The position numbers and the translations under genes are program-made. A DNA stretch of 59,698 nucleotides, filler included, from Catajapyx aquilonaris (Eukaryota), in the NCBI GenBank assembly GCA_000934665.2. It is 4 parts of 4 records of this genome, joined end to end, with 100 filler letters (N's around TTAATTAATTAA, not from the genome) between each part and the next. Parts side by side here need not be neighbours in the genome. Positions count along the whole stretch, not along the records: positions 1 to 14,846 come from JYFJ02007666.1; 3 more parts are not named here. The stretch is one strand, 5' to 3'. Shown piece by piece: positions 1 to 12,070 of the stretch (its first letter is position 1; the number at the start of each line of letters is the position of its first letter). Below the pieces are notes generated by a model. It saw only the letters and a list, made by a program, of their open reading frames with translations, was not told the origin of the DNA and did no database searches.

Positions 1-247
1 GGAGGGTCTCTGACCTGTGCCTTATTAATTGGAGGTGTCTGGCAACCTAACCTCCTGGGGAACAGAACATGGCCCCTTTACAGATCTTGCACTTGCACCT
101 ATGTTCCCTCCCCAAAAATCCCTACCCTACAGCCTTGACTCCTTTCACCGGATATTGAAGTTGAAATATAGAAAAATCGAGTTAAATGGTGGTATTCCAC
201 CCCCCTAAAAAGGCTCCGCCTTATCACGGGGTAACTTTTAAAAAAAA
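1..247 (+). mobile_element. tRNA-derived SINE family A, 5'-truncated by window start
   Basis: Body closely similar to copies at 2975, 29388 and 58815 (gggtctctgacctg...gtctggcaacctaacctcctgggg...); ends tatcacggggtaac + A-rich tail. Confidence 0.85.
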
Positions 248-599
248 CCCTCCCAAGAGTCCATACTTTACGGACACCCTGTACTTTTACATAAACGATC
301 ACGTGGGAGCAACGTGACCTTGGCATATACGACTCAACTTGGCGGGAACAGGGGGGAGGGGGGGATCTGGAGTTGCCATGGTAGTTGAGTCACAATCCAA
401 GAGATGGCAGGAGCATATTGAACAGGGTTTGGCACGGAAAAGTTCGCCTTCTCTATGCACATCCTCCAGGGCCAAATTCACAAACCATCAGGACATCATA
501 ATAATTATGATGTACTTAGCCGTCAAAGGTTTAATATAAGGAGGGGGGAGGAAGGGGGGAGGGGAGTATGATGAGGATAATTGTTGGGTGAGCATCATT

Positions 600-710
600 A
601 AGAACATGGCCTACACCGCAGGCCGCAGGCCTAGGAAACATCGAGCGAAGCGAGTGGTTTTCTAGGCCTGCGCCCTAGGAAAAGGCGAGCGGAGCGAGGA
701 TTTTCCTAGT
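600..710 (+). mobile_element. Possible Helitron-type 3' terminus
   Basis: GC-rich cgagcgaagcgag / cgagcggagcgag motifs ending in CTAG|T at 706-710. Confidence 0.3.
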
Positions 711-2974
711 AAGCTATTAAAAACCGTAGTGTCCAACCGATTTTCTTCAAATTTGTTGTATAGGTGACCCACCCCAATCTATGAAAATCCTCCAACGACA
801 ACGACAGCTCCAACCACCATTCTAAGAGTACCACCACAACTGTTCCCACGATGTCCACATTTTGGGATTCCGTCGACTCCAACCGTGCTCAACTTACTCT
901 TCAACATCATTCTGCTGCTTCCATCGCACGGTCCAACCTGAGTACCAGCAACCAAAATTTACACTGTCAGGTGAAGTATCCACTGAAATATTGGACAAAC
1001 AGATCCATAACAGTTCAGAAAAGAAAGAAGAACCACTTGACCTGTATCCGGACTTGCATGCTGAGACAAATAACAATAAGAGTACTCCATTACTTTAGCA
1101 AGAGAGAAAAGCAAGATGCCCAAGTGGACTCTCTGAATGACTTTCTAAGACGAACAATGACAACTGCAGCATTTGGGGGTGACAATCAGTGTGAACAAAA
1201 TGCATTTCAAGTCGTCACACCCATTTTAATCCACAATAAAAAATTTAACTACGAGCCGTCAAAATTATTCACCCAATTTCCCTCATCCGGGTATTTTGCA
1301 GTCAATTTTCACCATGTCTGATGTAAAATGAACGGCGCCGAACAATATTGTGGGCAGAAACACACTGCTCTTAAAACTTGCGATGCATATTAATGGTGCG
1401 ATATTTCCTTTGTTGCAAATTTGCCCAGCCTCAGTACAATACGGAGAACGACTCACACTTTTGAGCAATGAGAATGACCTGACTGGACTTGCACGGGTCA
1501 CACCAACATGACCGAACATTCCTATTTCAAAACATGCGACATAAGCAGCAGTGTGATGAACTGAAAAGGGGAAGTGACGGACAGGATCCAATCAAACAGG
1601 CAAATCCTGCATAATTACTTTTTGCTCACAAAAGCAAAAGATAAGACACACGGGCTCTAAATAAGAGACCGAGAGAATCCCTGACCCTATTTGTACACCA
1701 TCAAGTGCCGGACTCCTTCTCACTGGCGGAAATTGTTTACTTTTACCAAAATCTGACCAATCTGACTTTCTTTTTCTAGAGGAACATCCCCAACAAATAC
1801 TATAACTATTCGAAATTCGTCAAACTTTGTCAGGTCATCTTTAACGATACATGGTTCCATGAGTCAGTGGGTGCAAAGGTTGGTTTGGTTTATTCGGGGC
1901 ACATGTGGTCAGATGAACAGAAAATGTATGTTGCTTATGTTAATATGTCATGTACTAAGAGCAGAATCTGACGGGACATATTATATGACCATAAAAATGT
2001 AATTCACCCAAGTCAAAATATCAAGTGAATGGGAATGACGCATATCGTCACGAATATGTGATAAAGGAAGCCAATAAAATAAAAGGACACATCCACGCAG
2101 CCAGGACGTCAACAAGTTGTCCATGAAGGAACAAGTTGATGATGAAGTCTCAAGAGGGAGGGCGACTAAATTCTCATGAGTCAGATAATGGAACTTCCAT
2201 GTGTCCGTAATATGTGATGGGTGTCGAATTTTGCCGAAAAGTATAAAAAAATATAAATGCAGATGGTTCATTATTACTCAGACACCGAAGGTACAATATT
2301 TAACATGCTGTGTCTGATATTTTTTAAACTTAAGTTCAAACCAAGCGAAAATTGGCCAAAATAAATCAAGCCCTATTAAAGAGGATTTGCAGCACGGATG
2401 ATTGCACTTGCACTTATGACGATTCGCTTTTTTTTTTAACTGTTAGCGACAGGGTTTCAGATTCAAATGTGACGTTGCGCCGGACCAAACGAAGTGCAGT
2501 TTAACCCCAACATTATACCAGCAAAACTGTAACCACATATCCTGACGTGTATTACATACCATAGTATAATTTCACACAGCACTGACGAGTGAGTCTACTT
2601 CAATTCAGTGCTACCTGCAACCTGGAAATTCTGTGTCAACTGTTGGATAACCGACTGATCCAACCGATAATAATAGTCGGGTTCAACAGTAGACTTTGAC
2701 ACAGGACCAACAGCAGTGCGAATATTGCGGAAAACTTTTGAAGAACACTTCAACCTTTGAAACTGAACACAAGGAGTGACCGGTGATAACCTGCCAATAC
2801 TGTGGATATATGAAGCCACCAGATCCTAAACCATTTTTAAAAAAACCTAGGGGAAAAACCTGGTTAACGAAAAGGTAAGATACGTACCGTTACCAGCCCA
2901 CAAGAGAAGAAAACGAACGAGAAATGACTCAACTCGCCACCAGAAACAGACAATGTTAACAATAGAAGGACGTA

Positions 2975-3341
2975 GGGGAGGTGTGGTGGCCGAGATGGTA
3001 ACGTCTCGGCTTGCTGAGTGAAAGGCCCCAGGTTCGATCCCCGCCTGGGGAACTTCCTTTCACCTGCGTCGAAAGGGTCTCTGACCTGCACCAAGGAAGT
3101 GTCTGGCAACCTAACCTCCTGGGGGACTGCACATGGCCCAAAAGCCTAGACAATGCACCTGCACAAGTGTCCCCTCCCCAACAATCCCTTTCCCTACCCT
3201 ATATCCTAGTATTCCTTGCACGGAGATTGAAGTTAAAGAAAATAGAAAACTGTATGGTGGTCTGCCACCCCCCGAAAGGCCCATAGAGGGCCATCAAGGC
3301 AAGGGTTACGTAAAATAAAAACAATAAAAATAACAAAAGAA
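2975..3341 (+). mobile_element. tRNA-derived SINE family A, full length
   Basis: A box tggccgagatgg, B box ggttcgatccc, A-rich tail, 14-bp TSD aatagaaggacgta at 2961-2974 and 3342-3355. Confidence 0.92.
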
Positions 3342-4559
3342 AATAGAAGGACGTACCCACGCAGCCAGGACAAGTAAACATGTTGCACAGCGAGAAACAC
3401 TTACACACAAGTTGACGAGTTTCCAAAAGGAAGGAAGACTAAATTCCTGAGTAATATGGTAATATGTGATGGGCGTCGCACTTCCCAGAAGAGTGTGACA
3501 GATCACCACCCGCAACGTCGAAATATGGAAAGTACATTATAACATTAGTGGCAGAAAGACACAACACAACGCAACGCAACGGGACGCGAGCTTGACAGTC
3601 CTTTATACGGGATATCGGGGCGTAAAAGTGATAGAGTAAAACAATCATAAACATGAGATGACCTGCTCTACAGGGCGCCAAGTAGAGACCTATACATGAC
3701 CCAGCAAGGGTTCATAACATGGAAGCTGAAGACGTAAATGCCAGAGAGACTTTGTGTTCAACTGATAACTTATATTAATTACTCGTATATTAAATTTTTA
3801 TGCGACTACAAAATGGATAGAAACACTAACTGGGCAACGTGTCTTGTCCGGCTTGGTTGACCCTGACCAAGCACCAATATAGTGGTCATTATAGGAAAGT
3901 CAATCTGCACAAACTGACTAGTCCTAACCTCTCTATACCTCAACCAGGGAGCATATCCCTATTAATAAAGGAGAAAGTTTGTACATATAATTGTATAATA
4001 TTTTTATGTATGTCACGCCTAATTAGGCCACTTCCCGGGCACGGAGAGCGCTCAAATTTCGCACAGCCATGTCTTACATATCGGTGACTCCGGGAAAAGT
4101 CCCAAAGCAGCATTTTTTTGAGTCTAAAGGGGGTTTTCAGCAGATTAAGCAATTGCCTGGCAACCTGCCCTGTCAACGAGCCCAAAAGGAAGGATTTTCA
4201 CTTTCTAAAATAATCAATATTCTATTATCCACAAAGAAGGAAAAAAAAAGGTTGCTATAGAAATGGCTAAAGATCAACAATATTTCCGAACAATCGCATC
4301 GGAATGTGCAGATCAGTCAGTCCCCATCTCCCATCACTCTCCTTCACCCTCCCTCCCTCCCTCCTGCTCCGTACCTCCTCCTCTTCCCTCAGACGATGAG
4401 CACTGCGAGTGCGCTGACATGTCCCCAGAGTACCCTTCCAAATCAACATTGCAAAAGGCGTTCCATTTTCCAACAATCAAACAATCGAGAGACGACCCCC
4501 GTTGCCAAGGCATCAGCCTTCGAGAGAAGGCAATCAACAAGCAGTTCCAAATAAACAAC

Positions 4560-5362
4560 AGTTCGGCTCAAACTGTGCTTGGGGTCAGACCACACTCTCG
4601 AAAGGTCCTCCTTGGTCAGTGCTCAGGTAGGAAACGGCAGAGTGCCTGACGACAATGGCGAAATTACAGTAACTGATGCTATGGGGCACGTTGTCCACAC
4701 CTTTGATGATCTAATTTCCAACGTCTATCCTGATTTATCCTCTCTCAGTCTACACTCACAAAAATGGCTCTGCGAACGAGCCATTTTGACTTCAAGGAAC
4801 GACACTGCTGACTACATCAACCATTTTCTCCTACGTAAGTGTCCGGGTGAGGATAACCTCCACGTGTCAGTTGACAGTGTCGTCAATCCAGCTGTAAACT
4901 ACCCGGTGGAATTCCTCAACTCTCTGAATCAACCAGGTCTACCTCCCCACATATACTCTGTCTACGGCTGGGGTCACCAATCATGCTCCTACGAAATCTC
5001 GATCCCCCAAAACTGTGCAATGGCACGCGGCTGCAGGTGACTGGATTGACACGATTTGTTGTACAAGTTGTGGTGCCAAAGGGGAGCGCGTGATGATCCC
5101 GCGCATACCGCTCATCCCGAGTGACTACCCCTTCCAATTCAGACGCCTGCAGTTCCCTGTCAAACTCTGCTTTGCCATTACCATCAACAAGGCACAAGGG
5201 CAATCCCTCGGAGTGGCGGGCATTGATTTGAGGGAGCCATATTTCTCACATGGCCAGTTTTACGTAGCGTGCTCCTGAGTCAGCTCTAAAAACAACCTCT
5301 ACATTCTCACACCTACCACGAGTAAGACCTGAAACATTATGTACTAAGAGGCGCTCAGGTAA
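4560..5362 (+). mobile_element. Helitron RepHel remnant (Pif1-like helicase C-terminus), frameshifted with stops
   Basis: Motifs [80 protein letters not shown] spread over several frames. Confidence 0.92.
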
Positions 5363-7971
5363 TTGAGTCCTTTTTACGCAAAAAAATTGCAATGGACGCC
5401 ACGGTGGACAGGAGTGTATTGTTATACATTTTCGCCCCAGACGAGTGTTTTATGCCCGACAATGACCTCTGATCTGTGGCCAACAAGTCAACAATTGACT
5501 CACACCAGGAACTACAGGGAACAATCTGCGACTAAAAATTGTCACATTTGTCACATGCGAACCTCCTCTGTGGCAGCAATTTCTACACACTTATTGCACC
5601 AACAAATGCTACGCATACTGGCATTAACTGTGCGCAGCAGGATTTTGCAGCTGCATTTATCTTGCTCAACACTTCATAGAATTTGATCTCATATGATCAA
5701 ATGGAACTGTCACAAACGGACACGTTTAAAAATAATAAAAAATCCACGTATGACCTGTGCGCGGTACAGACAATCGTAGGACTCCAGGACGAATTATGTG
5801 ATGTGTGAGTCCTCTTAAGTCAGAGGTCGATTGAGTCTTCAAAGGCCACAACAGCAATCCACAACACCAAAAGCCTGACCAACATGGGACTGGTATTATC
5901 CGAATACTAATCATAGGTCGCAAAGTAAGATCAGAGGTATCCTCTGGTCATTCAAAAGGTCAGAGAAGATTGGCAAATGTGCTCCTCTGTCACATGACAA
6001 ATCCCGAATTAATGGAATTAACACCGTAATTAACGTCACTACATACTTATTACAAGAACAACTTCAGATTTGGATGAATGTAACACGTCTCTTCAAAAAT
6101 TGAGAGATAATTTCAACAATACGGTATATTAGGACCAGCCAGAGGAAGGCAGTGGTGCAATCCTGCTCATGCCACCTTTACATGTGGAGGTGCACAATTT
6201 ATCCCCTAGAGCAGATGTACAAGAGATGCATAATACTTGAATCTGGGAAGATACATGTGAGGCATGTTATGTTGCGCTTGAAACTGTACCTAGTATTCAA
6301 CAATGTAACCTATGATAATGATGAAGTATACACTTCAAGAACAGACACAGCCTCTCCACCATATCGAGTAACCACAAGGTGTTTGGCATTCTCGCGGAGT
6401 GGTCATTTGAGGCTCAAATGATGAGTTATATGGTAACAGAACCTCTGCACACAATACGTAACTACAAAGCATGCTCTCATCTGTAGGAAAACTGACAAGT
6501 TCATATAAGTGCAACAAAAGAAGAGTCCTTGCTACTTGCTTTGCACTATCCAGGGACAAGGAGCATCTTCGCTGAAATAATGCAAATCCTCACCATGTCC
6601 ATATTTGAAAAATCAAAAAGACAATTGAAGAATTTGGTGCAACAGCGACAATATGGCGCACTATCAGATATTCATTCAAGGGTCTTGAGCTATTGACAGT
6701 AGAAAGCAAAGCAGATAAGGTACCCTACAAGTGTATTAAGAATGACGAAGACAGTTGCATGCCACCAGGCATCAAATGTCTGTCACATATGAGAGAGAGA
6801 GGAAAATGCAAGACAACAAAAAATTTCAGAGGATGCAATACTGATCTCGACTAATACCTACCACTGGTGCAAGTGATTCTCACTCCCCACAAAAAGCCGG
6901 AGGTTATCACATAATATAATAAGACAAAGGGTGGTGTGGATATTGATGATCAAATGTGAGCAACTGTGGCCGAAGAACCAGTCGGTGCTCCATGGCTATA
7001 CACCTGCTCAATGTCGTCGAAGTAAATACTTGCATCGTGTATAACTTCCAACGCAATTACTGTAGAGCATGAGAACATGACTTTGGCTCGCGCCCTGAGG
7101 TCAACAGGACACGAGGCAGCGCCTTCGAGAAATGTTCCACATATATCAATAAAATGCAAATCAGCTGCTGTCATCTGACTGTGAATATCAATAGCTGTGC
7201 CCTCTTTTTACAAGAGGAGAAGGCAACCCTTTCCACATATCTTTTTAAATGATTTTTTGACTTATTAAAATTCTAGTATAAACGCAGGCCAGAACACGAA
7301 AAGAAACGCGAATTATGTGAGTAAACAGACTACAGAAACCCACTGTTATTGTTTCAACCACAGTAAGTGCCCACGCCAGAAAAAATAATTGTCTCACCCT
7401 GAAAAATGCTCATAATCGACATGGGAAAAAATCCTTCTGTCCAACAAAACTGCATTATTACGATATATCCTGCGACGAATTTGCCACGTGCAGAGAAACA
7501 TGTGAGGCATCAATAATGTTGAAACGGCGGCGCGGCGCCTCCCACACAAACGTGATTAAAATTAATAAGGTACAAAGTTCGCTCATTGGGCAATAACTAA
7601 CCCAATCGATGTGCATTTGGTCCGCTGACCTTGTATACCATCATTCTGCAAATTATGCTACCAGGTAACCCTGCATCGACGAATCGAAGTAATGATGAAG
7701 GTCATGGCACTCGCTAGGATCGGATATTTCGCCAACATTTTCGCGATAACAATTTTACGAATCGAATGGCAGGGCTAACAACAGTGCGCACAGTTATCTC
7801 CACTTGGCCCGAATCAGATAACTGGAGAGAAAACTACAGTATTTAAAATACCTGAACTGAATAAATGGCGAGTCATTGATCTGCATGAGGAAACACCATT
7901 CCACGAACTGAGTCTGATACGATCAACTTTCAAAGCTCGTTGCGGTATGATATCTGGACTGATCACTGTTG

Positions 7972-8085
7972 ATCAATTTCCTTCTTTGAGAGAAATATCT
8001 CTCTTTTGTCGACGATCCTTTCTCCCACACACTGGATGCGAAGATGTCCATAGGAGAACGTATCCAGAACTGCCTGGATAAGATG
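7972..8085 (+). pseudogene. Fragment of an IR paralog
   Basis: Translates INFLL*EKYLSFVDDPFSHTLDAKMSIGERIQNCLDKM, matching INFIFWKKFLSYVDDPLYDSLDAKASMGESIMSCLHMM of the intact IR downstream. Confidence 0.85.
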
Positions 8086-8637
8086 CCAATGACTCGTAAT
8101 TACCAACGACAGTTTGACCAGTGTCACCGACCTGTGTCCTCACCTGACCTTGTGTCACCCTCAAGCAACATGTATTTTGATGCAGGCAATGAGTGGAGCT
8201 GGTGGGTGGAGGGCTGCAACCCCAACCACGTGATCAGACTCCCACCTTCCCCAACCACCCTCACCATTCCCTATCTGTAATCAGACTTGCATCTACGTCC
8301 CTCCATACAGGCACTCACTGTGTAGTAATTTTCATTTCACGCTGCAAGGTTTCTGTTTATCTCCAGCTATACCTTACAGTTGTGTTGAAAGCTGATCGTA
8401 TCAGACGCAGTTCGGGGAATGGTTGTTTCCCATGGAATGGGCCAATCTCCGGGAGTTCATTTACCTGAATTGGATTGATCCAATCGCCCTCCCACGCTAT
8501 TTCATCTGATAGCAAGCCACCGCGAGCGCCGAATTAAGACACCTGGTATGGAAATACGTGCAATTAGGTATTGAGCGGAGTTTTGAAATACGTGGGACGG
8601 CGAGTCTGGTTGGGACACGTCAGTACTTGGGTGAAAC

Positions 8638-10767
8638 ATGTCCTGGTTGCAAGTGCTGGTCCTTTGCTCCGTGGCCATGGCCATGTTTGGTTGCCACATC
8701 TCATCATCATCGTCATCGGGTGTTGGGAAGAACGTGTCTCGTGTGATGGAAGAGGCGAAGAGGAAGAGTGTGGAGGAAGGAGAGTGGCGGGCAGTGTCCA
8801 GACTGGTGAGGGACGTCCTGGACACGAGGAAAGACATGAGGGAATGCGGCCTGGTCCTGTCCACTGACCTCGTCGGGTCATCCGGCGTCTGGGAGGGATT
8901 GTGGAGGCCTCTTCTCAAAGGTCACTCGGACAAGTACCTCCCGTCCTTCTCCCTTCGGACGACCTCCTTCCCACACTCCTTCACAGACTACCCTTGGCTC
9001 AAGGGTCAAGCTGACCTCTTGGACTTCACCACCGTCCCTCCTGACCTCCTCGTGACCTCCGCCTGGTCATCCTCTCCTTGCACCCTCCACCTACACCTCC
9101 CCTCCTCCCCGTCCTCCTTCCCTCAACTGGTAATGTCAACCGCCTTCAAGGTCAACGTCAGTCCACTCGACGACCGTTTCCTCATCCACTTCCCTCGGAG
9201 ATCAACATCACTTGATTCTGTGGAGGAGAGAGAGGTCCATCGAGTGCTGACCTCTCCCCCTGCCAGTGCCCTCAGACTGAAGGTGTCCAGTCGGATGGAA
9301 GAAGATGGAGTCATGAAGATGGAGACTGTCTGCTTCTTCTGCGCAGAGGGGGGGAACCCGAAGGCCATCATTCTTGGGGATGTCAAGGACACTGACAACC
9401 CAATAGTTGATAGCTTCTTCAGAAACTACGACATGAACAAGATGAACAAGAAGCCATTTGTGATTGGAATGTACCTGTATGGAACTGACTTGGAGGACGC
9501 TCGAAGGAGAAAAAAGGAATCGGGAGAAGTTTACCTCAAGCATCACGAAAGAGCGTTCATCGTGATCGAGGAAGGGAGCAACTATTTTATTTCGGAGGTT
9601 TACTTGAAGGAGCCGACTAGTGCAGACCTTGAGCAGACACTGGACAATGGCACTTGGTTTGGGCTGACGCCAGATTTGCTTTCAGGCCGAGTGGATATGG
9701 TAGGTGTCTTGCCTTTCACGGAGGACACCTATCGACAAGGGCTTCTGACTCACCCCTTCGTTTACGTACACGCGACATTCCTGACCAGAAGACCCGGAGG
9801 AGTGATCAGCTGGAAGGTCATCTACAGGCCTTACGTCCTCCCCTTCTGGGTGTCCTTGGGGGTCGCCCTCGTCCTTCTCCCGATTGCGATGAGCAGACTC
9901 TCTCGCTGCGACCCTTCTCGAGGGAGGTCAGAGGTCGAAGGGCAGCGACTGACCTTGCTGGGATCCCTCCACGTCCTGGCCAGACACCTGATAGAGCAGC
10001 CAGTTCCCTTCCCAACATCCCGCCGCTTTCTCCTCCTGGCATTCTCCTTCCTCTTCTTCTCCACCGTGGTCATCACTGGCTACAAGGCCAAGCTGGTCTC
10101 CTTCCTCACCTTTCCCCCGAGGGCGTTTGTCCCGAAGAACTGGCGGGAACTGGCGGAATCTGACTGGATTGTCGAGACCGACACGATCAATTTTATATTC
10201 TGGAAAAAATTTCTCTCCTATGTCGACGATCCATTATACGACTCCCTGGATGCAAAAGCTTCAATGGGTGAGAGTATCATGAGTTGCCTGCATATGATGC
10301 AAACGCATCAACTGGCCTGCGCAGGTCTCAATCTACTCTTGGATCAGGAGATTTACCTCTTTCGCGACACTTCTGGGCAGCCAACATTCCGTTACTCCGA
10401 TGACCACGTATTTCCGACTTACAGTGGATCGAGTTACCCCCGGGGCCAAACCATGGCATATCATATCGGAAATACACTAGTGAGATTTTTGAATGAAAAT
10501 GACCTGGTAACAGTTATATGGCGTGACTACATGTACTTGATGTTCCTCCGTTCCTTGGATGGAATCCGGGCCAGGGAGAGGGACAACCCCCAAAAGGCAG
10601 AGGAAGTTTTGACCAGAACAAAGCTCTCTGCAATCTTCAACATGTGGTTGGTGGGACTGGCCATTTCACTGGGTGCATTTGCATGTGAACTTCTCAGTCG
10701 CATGCGTGGCAAGAAAGGGAAAAGCCTGACAGTGAGAAGACGAGTCATCCTCTGCACCTCACCTTAA
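8638..10767 (+). CDS. Divergent ionotropic (chemosensory) receptor, intronless, 709 aa
   Basis: Signal-peptide-like N-terminus; S1 motifs WFGLTPDLLSGRVDM and THPFVYVHATFLTRRP; pre-M1 YRPYVLPFW; M3-like YKAKLVSFLTFP; C-terminal TM ending FACEL. Confidence 0.9.
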   Translation: MSWLQVLVLCSVAMAMFGCHISSSSSSGVGKNVSRVMEEAKRKSVEEGEWRAVSRLVRDVLDTRKDMRECGLVLSTDLVGSSGVWEGLWRPLLKGHSDKYLPSFSLRTTSFPHSFTDYPWLKGQADLLDFTTVPPDLLVTSAWSSSPCTLHLHLPSSPSSFPQLVMSTAFKVNVSPLDDRFLIHFPRRSTSLDSVEEREVHRVLTSPPASALRLKVSSRMEEDGVMKMETVCFFCAEGGNPKAIILGDVKDTDNPIVDSFFRNYDMNKMNKKPFVIGMYLYGTDLEDARRRKKESGEVYLKHHERAFIVIEEGSNYFISEVYLKEPTSADLEQTLDNGTWFGLTPDLLSGRVDMVGVLPFTEDTYRQGLLTHPFVYVHATFLTRRPGGVISWKVIYRPYVLPFWVSLGVALVLLPIAMSRLSRCDPSRGRSEVEGQRLTLLGSLHVLARHLIEQPVPFPTSRRFLLLAFSFLFFSTVVITGYKAKLVSFLTFPPRAFVPKNWRELAESDWIVETDTINFIFWKKFLSYVDDPLYDSLDAKASMGESIMSCLHMMQTHQLACAGLNLLLDQEIYLFRDTSGQPTFRYSDDHVFPTYSGSSYPRGQTMAYHIGNTLVRFLNENDLVTVIWRDYMYLMFLRSLDGIRARERDNPQKAEEVLTRTKLSAIFNMWLVGLAISLGAFACELLSRMRGKKGKSLTVRRRVILCTSP

Positions 10768-11455
10768 AGAATATCCGGACTTATTCGAGTTCCAACTCTG
10801 GCCGAAAGAGGAGACAGTGGATCCCAACCTCCCTACACAAAAGAAAGGTCGCGTCCTGGCAGGGTTCCACGTGCTGGACCGTCACGTGACCCATTCCAAC
10901 TCCAGACCTGGTGTCTGAAAACATCCTTCCAGTAAATAAGAGGACGACACTAACGCGTCCGTCCTCTCCATAATAACAGTGCAGCCATTGATTCTCATTA
11001 AGTTACTCCCTTAATTCCACCTCATCAACCTACGCAAGATAATTCGTGGAATTGCTTGGGTTAGGAAAAGCATCCGAATCCTGGATCTGGTGTATTAGAT
11101 CATTCTTCCTACATCCTACACTGGAAGTGATGAACAATGTGGATAGAGCTAGGGGTTGCACAATCGGATGAATCGCGGGTGATTCAGGCTAGTCTGGTCC
11201 ATAGTTTTCGCCATCCATCCCCATTCCAACACATACACAGACTTTCAGACCAAAATGTAAACGATGACCTTGAACAGGATGACATTACCCTGTCTCGAGT
11301 GATACAGTGTATATGGTGACTATCGTAATGGAAGCTTCCTCTCATTACTGTGATTTCAGGTGTAGAAATTGGCGAAATGAAGGTAAAAATGTGACGGAGA
11401 GGTCATCAGAAAGACTGAAGCTACCAAGTTGATATGGTGTATTACGACTACATTA

Positions 11456-12070
11456 TTTTTTTCCTTCACATGCTGATGCCGAAATTTTTCTGGGTCACAA
11501 GGTGAAACATAAAAACGATGCCAGAATAGCATTTTTTAAATGCTTATTTTTAAAAAATTTCCTACCCCTTGCTCAGGGCTATGGCCCTGTTTCGGGGGAC
11601 ACACATTTCCAGTTTCCACATTACAAAATTCCTTATATCCCTATTTCACACTTCTCAATTTCACTCTTAATTTATACATTAACAACACTGGCCTTTTGTT
11701 CACTTGTAGTAAAAAAAAAGAAAAAAAAGAAAAAAGGACAGGAAATTTGAGTATTGGTGGACATCTCATGTGGGTTCCTTTTACGGGACTTCATAATTGC
11801 TTTAATATGCAGAAAATGTAATTCCTTTGTTAACATTTTGAAAAAACTTAAGGCAAAAATGTGTTTTTTTGTGATGTCATGGTAGAGTAAATGGTAATGT
11901 GAGGGTGGATATCTGGGAAGATTGTATAAGTGGTTTGTTCTCGGAGTTGAAAAGTATCTACATTCGTAAATTAAGTGATATGCTGTCAGTGGTTCCTTCA
12001 TGTTGCACCATTCACAAAAATCTTCATTAAAAAGCGTAATTGAATTGTTTGCCAGAATAACATTTATGGA
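11456..12070 (-). mobile_element. Non-LTR retrotransposon (LINE) 3' fragment
   Basis: ORF end with C-x2-C...H...C zinc motif (CEWCNMKEPLTAYHLIYEC); boundaries approximate. Confidence 0.65.

Noticed and set aside
2975..3050. tRNA gene
   Set aside because: A/B boxes belong to a SINE head followed by repeated body, tail and TSD
6000..7200. Possible decayed transposase sequence
   Set aside because: No motif recognisable with confidence
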